Assembly: GCA_040386535.1 (NCBI GenBank)
Contig: JAZKFH010000047.1
Coordinates: 1 to 64,000 of the forward strand
Reading direction: 5' to 3'
DNA from: Myxococcota bacterium
GTDB taxonomy: Bacteria > Myxococcota_A > UBA796 > SXON01
Length of the DNA: 64,000 bases
Below, one piece after another: positions 1 through 8,793 of this stretch. The translations under genes were made by a program, and so were the position numbers. The notes below the pieces were generated by a model. It searched no databases. It saw only the letters and a program-made list of their open reading frames with translations, and was not told the DNA's origin. Positions within the stretch are counted from its first letter, which is position 1; the number at the start of each line of letters is the position of its first letter.

Positions 1-82
1 CACGACTGGAGAACGCTCGGAAGGGGCTCGGAATTCCCCTGAAGTGATCAAACGTAGGGTTCAGTTGCGTCGGGCGCGGGAA

Positions 83-721
83 GCGGCCACGACTCGACGC
101 TCTCGACATCCTCCCGGGTTGTGATCGCTTTCCCGGCTTGGAGCGACCATAACTCACGACGTCCTCGACATCCTTCCGAGTTGTGACCGCTTTCGTGGCT
201 TGGAGCGACCATAACTCACGACGTCCTCGACATCCTCCCGCGTTGTGACCGCTTCCGTGGCGTGGAACGGCCACGCCCCCCCCGGGAGGCGACCATAACT
301 CGCGACGTCCTCGACATCCCTCCGAGTTGTGACCGCTTTCGCGGCTTGGAGCGACCATAACTCGCGACGTCCGCGACATCCTCCCGAGTTGTGACCGCTT
401 TCGCGGCTTGGAGCGACCATAACTCACGACGTCCTCGACATCCTCCCGCGTTGTGACCGCTTCCGTGGCGTGGAACGGCCACGCCCCCCCGGGAGGCGAC
501 CATAACTCGCGACGTCCTCGACATCCTTCCGAGTTGTGACCGCTTTCGCGGCTTGGAGCGACCATGACTCACGACGTCCTCGACATCCTTCCGAGTTGTG
601 ACCGCTTTCGTGGCGCCGAGCGGCCGCAATCCGCCCGGGCGGCGACCATGACTCCCAACGTCCTCGACATCCTCCCGAGTTGTGACCGCTTCCGTGGCGC
701 CGAGCGGCCACGATCCGCCCC
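83..721. repeat. Tandem array of 9 hairpin-forming units (period 62 bp or 83-84 bp)
   Basis: Core GCGACCAT(A/G)ACTC-22nt-GAGTTGTGACCGCTT starts at about 83 (divergent), 143, 205, 289, 351, 413, 496, 558 and 642; the arms are imperfect inverted repeats. Confidence 0.95.
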
Positions 722-750
722 GATTCGGTTAGTTCCCCTGGAGGCTCCCG

Positions 751-1167
751 TTGGAAGACACGTTTCAGACCCTCGCCGACGCGGACCGACTCGAACACGA
801 GGCATGGAACGCCATCGGCGCGTTCGAGTTGGAGGGAGCGGCTCGTTGTGCCGGCGCCGCACTGGAAGTCCGCGAGCAGGAACAGGGCACGGACCACGCA
901 GACATCATCTGGCCGTTGGCACTCTGGATCGAAGCTCTCTTGCGGCGACACGACCTGGCGAGCGCGAAGCACGCCGCGCTCCTGGGCGAGCGGCGCCTTG
1001 GCCTGCAGGGACGGGTGCTGGCCGGGGCGCCAGGCGAGCTCGAGCGCGCGCTGCGGGAGCAAATCGGTCTCTACTCCTTTGAATACGCCTGCTTCAACGG
1101 GGAGGCGGTCGCCACGCTGGAGAAGGAGCTCGGCTCGCGGACCGATGGGGAGCCGAATGGCCGGTGA
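751..1167 (+). CDS. Hypothetical helical (TPR-like) protein
   Basis: TTG start with GGAGG 5 nt upstream; 'ALEVREQEQGTDHADII' resembles a TPR_10/12-type motif; overlaps next ORF. Confidence 0.5.
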   Translation: MEDTFQTLADADRLEHEAWNAIGAFELEGAARCAGAALEVREQEQGTDHADIIWPLALWIEALLRRHDLASAKHAALLGERRLGLQGRVLAGAPGELERALREQIGLYSFEYACFNGEAVATLEKELGSRTDGEPNGR

Positions 1168-1768
1168 ATTGCTCATTCAACTCTTCGACGAAGCGCGCTT
1201 TTCCGCGGTCGAATCCACGCTCGCGGAGCTCGACTCGACGCGGAAGCTCAGCGCCGCGGCGAGGGCGCAGGTCGAAAGCGCCCTTCGGGCCGACCTGCCC
1301 GATCGCACCGGCGGAGGCCTCGATGTGTTGCGCCGCATCCTCGCGGAGCCGGGCCTCGATCCGCGCGTATTTCTCACGCCGCGTGAACTCGACGACGCAA
1401 TCGAGGCGCTCGTGCTTCGCGCGTGTTTCGAACGGGCAGGAGAGTACAGCCTCGCTCCGATTGGCCCGAGTTGGGTCGTGCTGGACTCGGTGCAGCGTGA
1501 TCTGATCGACAGGCCGTGGTTCACACACATTTTCTGGGAGGAAGATCACGCCCTCGCCCACCGCATCCGCTATCCGGCGCGCGGAGAGTCCGCGGCGTAC
1601 GAGCTCACCCCAGAAGGCATGCGTTTCCTCGTCGAGAGCATCGATTCGCTCCCGACCGATTGGACCCCCGTGGACTGGTTTCGAGAGCAGATCGCCGCCC
1701 TCCGGGCGCTCGCCGCCGAGGCCCAGCGCCGTGCGGGGTGGACGCTGGCGTTTCGTGGACTCCTGTAG
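1157..1768 (+). CDS. Hypothetical protein (203 aa)
   Basis: ATG at 1157 after GGGGAG; protein-like composition (MAGELLIQLFDEARF...WTLAFRGLL). Confidence 0.6.
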   Translation: MAGELLIQLFDEARFSAVESTLAELDSTRKLSAAARAQVESALRADLPDRTGGGLDVLRRILAEPGLDPRVFLTPRELDDAIEALVLRACFERAGEYSLAPIGPSWVVLDSVQRDLIDRPWFTHIFWEEDHALAHRIRYPARGESAAYELTPEGMRFLVESIDSLPTDWTPVDWFREQIAALRALAAEAQRRAGWTLAFRGLL

Positions 1769-1811
1769 CGCGTCGCGGGTGGCGCCACCCGCAGTTGTTT
1801 CGGCCGAAAGG

Positions 1812-1820
1812 TGCTATCCT
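1812..1820 (+). promoter_or_regulatory. Possible extended -10 (TGcTATCCT) 6 nt before ATG 1827, i.e. a leaderless-type promoter
   Basis: TGCTATCCT-CCAGCC-ATG with no SD sequence. Confidence 0.35.
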
Positions 1821-1826
1821 CCAGCC

Positions 1827-3215
1827 ATGAACCGCCTCCCCCTCTCCATGCTCGCAGGGGTCGTCGGGTGCGGCTGCCCCGAATTCGCGCAGATGGAGGT
1901 GGTCGATGTCACGGGCACGGCCGATCCCGCCCTCCTCGGCGAGATCACGTCGGCCCTGTCGGACTTCGAGGAGTGGACCGGACGCACGGGTGTGTGTGTG
2001 CCGGATATTCACGTCGCCGACACGGTCGGGGAGGGGCTGGGCGGCAGGTTCCAGGAGTTGAAGGAGCCGATCCTCATCGCGGATCAGGCCAGCGATCCCT
2101 ACCGGTTCACCGTGCACGAGCTCTGCCACGCGCTCGACGCGGTGGAGGGTCACTCCGATTCCGAGCTCTTCCCTCCCGTCCCGGCGGACGAGAACTACGT
2201 GACGTTGTGGCAGCGCAAGAGTGAGGCGTTTGCGGACGCGTGCGAGAACGGCCCCGTCGACCTCGGGGTGAAGGCCTACCTCGAGGACACGTGCGGGATC
2301 ACGCTCGTCGACGAGGTCGAGCGCTACGTACGCGAGCAGATCTACGTCGAAGCGTCGTACACCACGCCCTCCGCCGAGCCTGCCACCGTTTCGGTCGAGC
2401 GCGGCTGGCTCGGCCTCGCGGGAGGTTCGTACGTGTACGATGCCGCGCTCATCGAAGGGCGGTCGTGGGTGCTCGTCGACTGGTACGTTCCGGAAGAGGA
2501 TGTCACGACAATAGGTTTGGCCGAGGTCGATCCGGGAAGCGGCGCGGTGGGCGTTCCCGTGCGCCTCCCAATCGGACAACTCCTTCACGGCGGCGTCCTG
2601 GCGCGCGCGGACGCCGGGATCACCGCCATCGTAGCCGACCCGGACTCGGGTGGTTTCGTCGCGATCGACGTCGATCCGGAGACGTCGGAGGCGACCCGGC
2701 TCGACTTGGATCTCCCCGGCTTCGTCGACGCGGCCGCGCGTTCGGAAGGCACGCTCTACACCGCCCATGATGTCTGTGGAGAGGAGGGTTGCACGGCCTC
2801 CATTGCCGCATGGAACCTGGACACACTCGCGCCCGTGAGCGTGCCGTCGCCCGGGGAGCGGGTCTGGTCCTTGCATCCGGTGCCCGGGGGAATCGAGGCG
2901 TACACGGAGGCGGGCCTGGTGCGCTACGACGGCTCGGGGTGGGAGATCGTCGCCGCGGTGCCCGAGGGCATGGGCGCGTATGGCTGGCTGTCCGAACGCG
3001 AGCGCCTGTTCGTCGTGCGTGCGGGTGGCGGCGCGTACATCCCTGTCATCCTCGATGTAGGCACGCAGAGCTGGCGGATGCTCGAGAGCGGGTGCGGAGA
3101 CCTTGGCCTCACGTACCCGCTCATCGCCGCCGGAGAGGGGAGCGCCTGGATCCTGGGGAACCCCTTCGACGCAGACGGGGCGCCAATTCCCGCGGTTCGC
3201 ATCACGAGGGGCTGA
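1827..3215 (+). CDS. Putative lipoprotein with a zincin-like HExxH domain and beta-rich C-terminus
   Basis: N-terminus MNRLPLSMLAGVVGC; FTVHELCHALD followed by SEAFADA. Confidence 0.7.
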   Translation: MNRLPLSMLAGVVGCGCPEFAQMEVVDVTGTADPALLGEITSALSDFEEWTGRTGVCVPDIHVADTVGEGLGGRFQELKEPILIADQASDPYRFTVHELCHALDAVEGHSDSELFPPVPADENYVTLWQRKSEAFADACENGPVDLGVKAYLEDTCGITLVDEVERYVREQIYVEASYTTPSAEPATVSVERGWLGLAGGSYVYDAALIEGRSWVLVDWYVPEEDVTTIGLAEVDPGSGAVGVPVRLPIGQLLHGGVLARADAGITAIVADPDSGGFVAIDVDPETSEATRLDLDLPGFVDAAARSEGTLYTAHDVCGEEGCTASIAAWNLDTLAPVSVPSPGERVWSLHPVPGGIEAYTEAGLVRYDGSGWEIVAAVPEGMGAYGWLSERERLFVVRAGGGAYIPVILDVGTQSWRMLESGCGDLGLTYPLIAAGEGSAWILGNPFDADGAPIPAVRITRG

Positions 3216-3323
3216 GCCAGAATCACCCCGCTCACACCGGCCCCATTGCCCCCGGGGACGCGGTCGGCGCCGCTCGGGGCGCCGAGGCACCGCGTCCCAC
3301 GCCGGTCGCCCAACCGCCTCTTC

Positions 3324-4121
3324 CTACCCGAGCCCGTACACCACGTGCCCGAGCACCCGGCTCTCCGCGAAGCTCCAGTCCACCACCACCAGCGCCGAGC
3401 GCGGCTCGCGGAACGAGAGCTGGCGCGCGCCCGCGAAGAACACCGCGGTCTCGGCGTCGGCGAAGGAGAGCGACGTCTCCTCGCCGGTGCGATTGCACAC
3501 GAACAGGGGCAGGCCGGTCTCGGCGGTGCGGTCGGCCCAGCAGCCCTCGGGGCCGTGCGGCTCGGGCGGCCACGCGGCCGGCGAGAGGAGGATCTGCGCG
3601 CCGCCGTCCGCGAGCGCCTTGGCGATGCCGGGCCCCCACGCGTCGGCGCACACCAGCAGCCCCACGTGCACGGGCGGCACGAAGACCGGCAGACTCGCGA
3701 CGCCCTTGCTCGACCACCCCTCGATGCCCGGGAGCGTGTTGATCTTGCGGTGGGCACCGAGCCGCTCGCCGTTGGCGCCGAGGACGAACACCGTGTTGTG
3801 ACACCGCCCGCTCGCCGGATCGCGCTCGGGGTGGCCGAGGAACAGCGTCACGCCGAGCCGGGACGCGCGCGCGTGGAGGCGGGTAACCCAGGGATCCGCG
3901 TCCGGGGCCGCGATCCAGGCGGTGCCGAGGTGCCCGGCGAAGTCGTAGCCGGTCAGGCACAGCTCGGGCGTGACGACCCAGGCGGCGCCGGCCTCGGCGG
4001 CATGGTCCAGCGCGGCCTCCACTAAGCGACAATTGGCCTCGAGCGCGCCCTGCGTGGGCGAGAGGTGCACCAGGCCGATGCGGAGCGAGTCTCCCGCCCT
4101 CACGTTCACGCCGTCCCCCAT
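3324..4121 (-). CDS. Carbon-nitrogen hydrolase (nitrilase superfamily)
   Basis: Glu-Lys-Cys triad motifs TPELCLTGY, HRKIN and VCAD. Confidence 0.9.
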   Translation of the reverse strand: MGDGVNVRAGDSLRIGLVHLSPTQGALEANCRLVEAALDHAAEAGAAWVVTPELCLTGYDFAGHLGTAWIAAPDADPWVTRLHARASRLGVTLFLGHPERDPASGRCHNTVFVLGANGERLGAHRKINTLPGIEGWSSKGVASLPVFVPPVHVGLLVCADAWGPGIAKALADGGAQILLSPAAWPPEPHGPEGCWADRTAETGLPLFVCNRTGEETSLSFADAETAVFFAGARQLSFREPRSALVVVDWSFAESRVLGHVVYGLG

Positions 4122-4260
4122 GCCGCCCCTCGCGCGCTCCTTTGAACACGGGCGCGTCCGTTGTCAAAGGCCCCGCCGCCGAAGTTGACAAGTCTGTGCG
4201 CGCGACTTGCCTGTTTCCTTGGTTAGCTTGGGGGGGGCGAGCCCACGGAGCGCCCGGTCC

Positions 4261-5064
4261 ATGTCGCTCACCCGCACCCTGACGCACGACCTGACCCACG
4301 ACCGGCGCACCACGCTCGCCAACATCCGCCTCGGCGTCCTGCTCGCGTTCGTGGCGGGCGCGACCAATGCTGGCGGCTTCCTCGCGGTGGGCCAGTACAC
4401 CTCCCACATGACGGGAATGGTCTCCTCGGTGGCCGACAACCTCGTCCTGGGCGAGGTCGGGCTCGCCGCGGGCGCCGTCGTGAGCGTGGTCATGTTCCTC
4501 TTTGGGGCCATGACCACCGCCATCCTCGTGAACTGGAGCCGGCGCCGCCATCTCCACAGCCGCTTCGCCCTGCCGCTGCTGCTCGAGGCCTCTCTGTTGC
4601 TGCTGTTCGGCGTGTTGGGCGCCTCGGTGAACATGAGCGTGTTCGCGCTGCCCGCTACCGTGGCGCTGCTGTGTTTCATCATGGGGCTGCAAAACGCGGT
4701 GATCACCAAGATCTCCAACGCTGTCATCCGCACCACCCACCTGACCGGCCTCATCACCGATCTCGGCATCGAGCTGGGCAAGATGGTCTACATCAACCGC
4801 GCCCCCGGCCGCGACCACGTGCACGCCGACTACGCAAAGCTCCGCGTGCAGGCCCTGCTCATCGGAGCGTTCGTGCTCGGCGCGGGGTTCGGCGCCGTGG
4901 GCTTCAAGGCCGTGGGCTACTCGATCACCATCGCGCTGGCGGTGGCGCTGGTGTCGGTGTCGATGCGCCCCGTGCTCGACGACGTGCGGGTGTGGCGGCG
5001 GGTGTGGCGGCGCGAGGCGTGGCGCGGGCGGCGGGCGGCGGCGTTGCGGGCGCGGGTGGGGTGA
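4261..5064 (+). CDS. YoaK/DUF1275 family membrane protein
   Basis: LAFVAGATNAGGF, YTSHMTG, MGLQNA, IRTTHLTGLITD. Confidence 0.9.
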   Translation: MSLTRTLTHDLTHDRRTTLANIRLGVLLAFVAGATNAGGFLAVGQYTSHMTGMVSSVADNLVLGEVGLAAGAVVSVVMFLFGAMTTAILVNWSRRRHLHSRFALPLLLEASLLLLFGVLGASVNMSVFALPATVALLCFIMGLQNAVITKISNAVIRTTHLTGLITDLGIELGKMVYINRAPGRDHVHADYAKLRVQALLIGAFVLGAGFGAVGFKAVGYSITIALAVALVSVSMRPVLDDVRVWRRVWRREAWRGRRAAALRARVG

Positions 5065-5378
5065 TTGGTGTGGGGAAAGCGGCGGGGGCGCCCCCTGCGC
5101 GGACGCAGGGCAGGTCGGCTCCGGGGTCGCGGCAAAGCCGCTTGGTCGGCCGGACAAGGCGCCTCGTCGCCGTGTTGGAAGCCGGGATGTGCCCGGCCGG
5201 ACCAGCCGCCGGGGGCGGCTGCCCTCCGCGCCCTTGGCGCGGGGAAGGCGGGTGTGTGTAACGGCGCAGATCGCGAGCCGGGGCGCTCGTGTCGTCCTGC
5301 CAGCGGTGCCTGTGAGCGGGGCGCCCTCGCAATCGACAAGAGGGCCGCCGCGGACACACGGTTTGGCCGAGCGAACGG

Positions 5379-5531
5379 CCGAAGTAGGGGGATGCGATCA
5401 CATCCCTCGACCTCGGACGGAAATAGCGTCCGAAGTGGGAGGATGCGAACGCATCCCTTGACCTTGGACGGACATAGCGTCCGAAGCAGGGGGATGCGAT
5501 CACATCCCTCGACCTCGAACGGAAAGAGCGT
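5379..5531. repeat. Three 51-bp tandem units containing a GGGATG...CATCCC hairpin
   Basis: CCGAAG unit starts at 5379, 5430 and 5481. Confidence 0.9.
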
Positions 5532-5574
5532 GCGGCTCGTGGCATCGAGCGCGACCGGGCGCACGCACGCACGC

Positions 5575-5713
5575 GGGTGACCAACGAACGGGGTGAGGTG
5601 GCACCCCGCGAGATTGTCACCCCTCGGGTGACCAACGGCGGGGGTGAGCTGTCACCCCTCGAGAACGTCACCCCACGGGTGACCAACGGCCGGAGTGAGC
5701 GGCCACCCCGCGA
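5575..5713. repeat. About 2.7 copies of a different 51-bp unit (GGGTGACCAACG...GTCACCCC)
   Basis: GGGTGACCAACG at 5575, 5626 and 5677. Confidence 0.9.
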
Positions 5714-5835
5714 GGTACGCACCGCCGCGCCCGCGAGCAAGCCCTGACCGGGATCTTCCGCCGGCTCGGCGCGCCCACGCGAGATGCGCCCGCTCCCACA
5801 TCCGCGGCGCGAGCCGGGCGCTCCCTGCATTCGCG

Positions 5836-6576
5836 TCAGAACCAATCCACGCGGTCCCAGCCCGACGTGCTCGGCAAGAAGATCCCGAGCGCCCGCCCGG
5901 TGACCTCTGTTTCGTCGATCGTCGCGAGGAGCGGGGAGTCCGGAGGCGCCTCGCCGTCGGGTTCGAGGAAGAGCCAACGCGCCCCGTCCTCCTCCGCGAT
6001 CTGCACGACGCGGCTCACGTAGGAATACGTCAGGCGCCCGTCCTTCACGTTGTAGGTGACGATGTCCCCCTCCACCACGGGCAACGCGACGAGCCAGGAC
6101 ACCACCATGTAGTCCCCCGATTGGAGCGTGGGCTCCATCGCCGAGCCGTTGGTCCGGATCGGCTGGCCGACGAGGACGGTCAGGGGAAAGAGCACCAGGG
6201 TGAACGCCCACGTCCAGAGGCCCGGCAGCACGTAGTCGCGCCAGCGGGGCACGGCGCTCGGGGCCAGGTTCTGCGTCGCGAAGGCGGTGTCGCACGCGAC
6301 ACCGAGGGACGCCAGCCCGCGCGTGAGCGGCACCAAGGCGAACACCCAGATGGGGACCAACTCCAAGACCACCAACAGCGCGCTGGAGATGTGGATGCCC
6401 CACAGGGCCGGCACCACGAGCCACGCCCGCCGACGGCTGCCGAGGTACACGTACGCGCAGCCCGGGTTGACGATGCCCAGCACGAACGACAGGGCGGCGT
6501 GTCGACGCACGGTCCGCGGGTCGTCGCGCAGGTCTGCTCGCAGATCGAGATCGAGACCAGACGACAGGTCGTTCAT
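5836..6576 (-). CDS. Membrane protein with a peptidase S26 (signal peptidase I)-like domain lacking the catalytic Ser/Lys
   Basis: N-terminal TM segments; NGSAMEPTLQSGD, EGDIVTY and YVSRVV align to S26 boxes B, C and D. Confidence 0.75.
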   Translation of the reverse strand: MNDLSSGLDLDLRADLRDDPRTVRRHAALSFVLGIVNPGCAYVYLGSRRRAWLVVPALWGIHISSALLVVLELVPIWVFALVPLTRGLASLGVACDTAFATQNLAPSAVPRWRDYVLPGLWTWAFTLVLFPLTVLVGQPIRTNGSAMEPTLQSGDYMVVSWLVALPVVEGDIVTYNVKDGRLTYSYVSRVVQIAEEDGARWLFLEPDGEAPPDSPLLATIDETEVTGRALGIFLPSTSGWDRVDWF

Positions 6577-6613
6577 GGCCGCCCGGGTAAACCCTGTTCT
6601 CGACACACCGTGC

Positions 6614-7249
6614 CTACCGCCCCAACGTCCCCTCCACCCACGCCCCACCGAACTCGGGCACCCCGTCCCCGTCGTCGTCACAGTCCGCGAGGAGCGACCA
6701 CGCGCCCGCGTCCACCGCGCCCGACCAGGCCGTGCCGCCCACACAGTCGGCGCCGACGTGATTGGGGAACATGGTGAAGAATGTGTCCCACACGGAGTCG
6801 GAGAAGTCCGCCTCGCCAGAGTTGGTTCCCGCCGAGAAGCGGAGCATCGCCGCCTCGGCCACGGACGCCTCGATGACCACCGAGGCGGTGCCGGTGACAT
6901 CGTCGCTCGCGGTGGCGATCTCCACGTCGAACGAGACCTGGACCACCTCGCCGCTCCCCGCGCCCCACAGCTCCTCACACTGCTCGCCGTCGCGGGACAC
7001 GCGCAAGGCCACGGCCGTCTCCAGCTCGGAGAAGGTCACCTGCTCCTCGGTGTAACCAAGCGCGCCGTCGGCGTAGACGACCGAGAACGCCGCGGGGTCG
7101 CCAAACAGCGAGAGCAGGTCGTCCCCCGTGAAGCCGAGATCGGTCACCTCGTCGACCCAGATGGGGCGCTCCACGATCGCGCAGTCGAGGTCCTCGACCC
7201 CGACAAGGCTGCCTTCCTTGGCGCACGCAAACAGGAAAAAGAACATCAT
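6614..7249 (-). CDS. Acidic putative lipoprotein
   Basis: MMFFFLFAC lipobox-like start; ATGA overlap with the arsS stop. Confidence 0.7.
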   Translation of the reverse strand: MMFFFLFACAKEGSLVGVEDLDCAIVERPIWVDEVTDLGFTGDDLLSLFGDPAAFSVVYADGALGYTEEQVTFSELETAVALRVSRDGEQCEELWGAGSGEVVQVSFDVEIATASDDVTGTASVVIEASVAEAAMLRFSAGTNSGEADFSDSVWDTFFTMFPNHVGADCVGGTAWSGAVDAGAWSLLADCDDDGDGVPEFGGAWVEGTLGR

Positions 7250-8346
7250 GCCGTCGCCCCTCCACAGCTCGATCCCGCCCCCGCCGTACACCCGAAACAA
7301 TGCCGCGCCGTCGCGATGCGCCGGGATGCCAGCGCGGCCAGATCCAGGTCTCGCACGTTGGGACGTGCCACGTCTGCCGGGATCTCCAGCATCTGGTTGA
7401 AGTCACAATCGTGCAGCGTGCCATCCCACGCCACCGACAAGGTGTTGCGACACATGAGCCCGGCCACCGCGCTCGGATTGAACGCGCTCACGAGCTTCTC
7501 CATGTAGGGCTGGAGGTTGTCGGTCTGGTCCAACCATTCGAGGTAGCGCGCGATCGGCATGTTGTTCAGCGCGATGAGGCGGTCGAACGTGACGGCGTGG
7601 TTCTTGAGCAGCGCGGCCTTCCACTCGCGCTCCATCGACGCCTGGCTGCCCGGCAGGAACGCGCCCGCGGGGTTGTGCATCAGGGTGAGGCGGCGCCGCG
7701 GATCGCCCTGGCCGTAGCCGGCGGCGTTGAGCTTCCCCAGCGCCTCGATCGAGCGCTCGAAGGTGCCGTCGCCCCGTTGGGCGTCGGTGTTGAGCTTGCG
7801 GTAGTGCGGCAGGGAGCACACCACCTCCACGCCGCGCTCGGCGAACCAGCTCGGCAGGTCCGCGTACTTGGGGAGGAGCAACACGGTCAGGTTGCAGCGG
7901 TCCATCACGTGTTTGCCCCGCGCGACACACTGGTCCACGAGGTAGCGGAAGTGGGGGTTCAGCTCGGGGGCGCCGCCGGTGAGGTCGACCGTGTGGGCGT
8001 CGGTGGCGTCGAGCGCGCGCAGGCAGGCGTCGACCGTGGCGCGGTCCATGTTCTCGACCACGCGGTCGGGCCCGGCGTCCACGTGGCAGTGGCGACACGT
8101 CATGTTGCACAGCCGGCCGAGGTTGATCTGGAACACCTCGAGCGTGCCGGGCCTGAGCCCGCCCGAAAACCCCGCGGCGGCCACGGCGGCCTCGAAGTCC
8201 CCGCCGGGCAGGGGCACCGCGTCGAGCCGGGCGAGCTGGGCCGCGGCGGGCGCGAGGGCGGCATGCCGGAAGTGCAGGCTGGTGGTGCGCCGGGGGCTCG
8301 CGCCGCCCGCATCACCCTCCGCCGTCGCCGCCTCGAGCCCCTTCAC
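7246..8346 (-). CDS. arsS: Radical SAM protein of the ArsS / Cys-rich C-terminus family
   Basis: CNMTCRHCH, DLTGGAPELNPHF, MCR...DCDFNQML, C-terminal HCFGCTAGAGSSCGGA; GTG start overlaps the upstream stop. Confidence 0.85.
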   Translation of the reverse strand: MKGLEAATAEGDAGGASPRRTTSLHFRHAALAPAAAQLARLDAVPLPGGDFEAAVAAAGFSGGLRPGTLEVFQINLGRLCNMTCRHCHVDAGPDRVVENMDRATVDACLRALDATDAHTVDLTGGAPELNPHFRYLVDQCVARGKHVMDRCNLTVLLLPKYADLPSWFAERGVEVVCSLPHYRKLNTDAQRGDGTFERSIEALGKLNAAGYGQGDPRRRLTLMHNPAGAFLPGSQASMEREWKAALLKNHAVTFDRLIALNNMPIARYLEWLDQTDNLQPYMEKLVSAFNPSAVAGLMCRNTLSVAWDGTLHDCDFNQMLEIPADVARPNVRDLDLAALASRRIATARHCFGCTAGAGSSCGGATA

Positions 8347-8675
8347 ATCCCCGCCTTCTTGGCGTGCTCGATCATCTGCATGCCGTGCACCATCGACGCG
8401 CCGCCACGGATGGCCGCCACCACGTGCAGCGCCTCGGTCATCTGCTCGAGATCGGCGCCCTTGGAGAGCGACTCCTTCGTGTACGCCTCGATGCAATAGG
8501 CACACTGCACCGTGTGGGCCACGGCCAGCGCGATGAGGCACTTCTCGCGCTCGGACAGCGCCCCCTCCGCGAACACCGCGCCGTACCAGTCGAAGAACTT
8601 CTTGCCGAGCTCGGGCGAGGCGTCGCTGACGTGGCCGAAGTGGGCGAGGTGGTCGGGCTTGTAGTAGTCGGACAT
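8343..8675 (-). CDS. AhpD/carboxymuconolactone decarboxylase family protein (ArsS-associated type)
   Basis: MSDYYKPDHL...GALSEREKCLIALAVAHTVQCAYCI. Confidence 0.9.
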   Translation of the reverse strand: MSDYYKPDHLAHFGHVSDASPELGKKFFDWYGAVFAEGALSEREKCLIALAVAHTVQCAYCIEAYTKESLSKGADLEQMTEALHVVAAIRGGASMVHGMQMIEHAKKAGM

Positions 8676-8793
8676 CGGGCCTCGGGCGGGGTGGAGAGGG
8701 GGGGACACGCGGCGGGCGCGCGGACTGCCCGTCGGACCGGCCATTCGTGCGGCCGCGCGCGTTACGTCGTCCTCCCGCTAACGGACCGGCACC

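Noticed and set aside
143..190. Integron attC sites (AAC...GTT arms)
   Set aside because: Too short, no RYYYAAC/GTTRRRY match, no cassettes between units and no integrase seen
83..721. CRISPR array
   Set aside because: The linkers are only two recurring types rather than unique spacers, the conserved part is over 50 bp, and no cas genes are in the window
154..1176. ORFs over the first repeat array
   Set aside because: The 62-bp period shifts frame in each unit; the translations are repeat artefacts
7246..7300. Selenocysteine in the ArsS C-terminus
   Set aside because: The GSSCGG codon is TGT; the TGA is a true stop overlapping the next ATG
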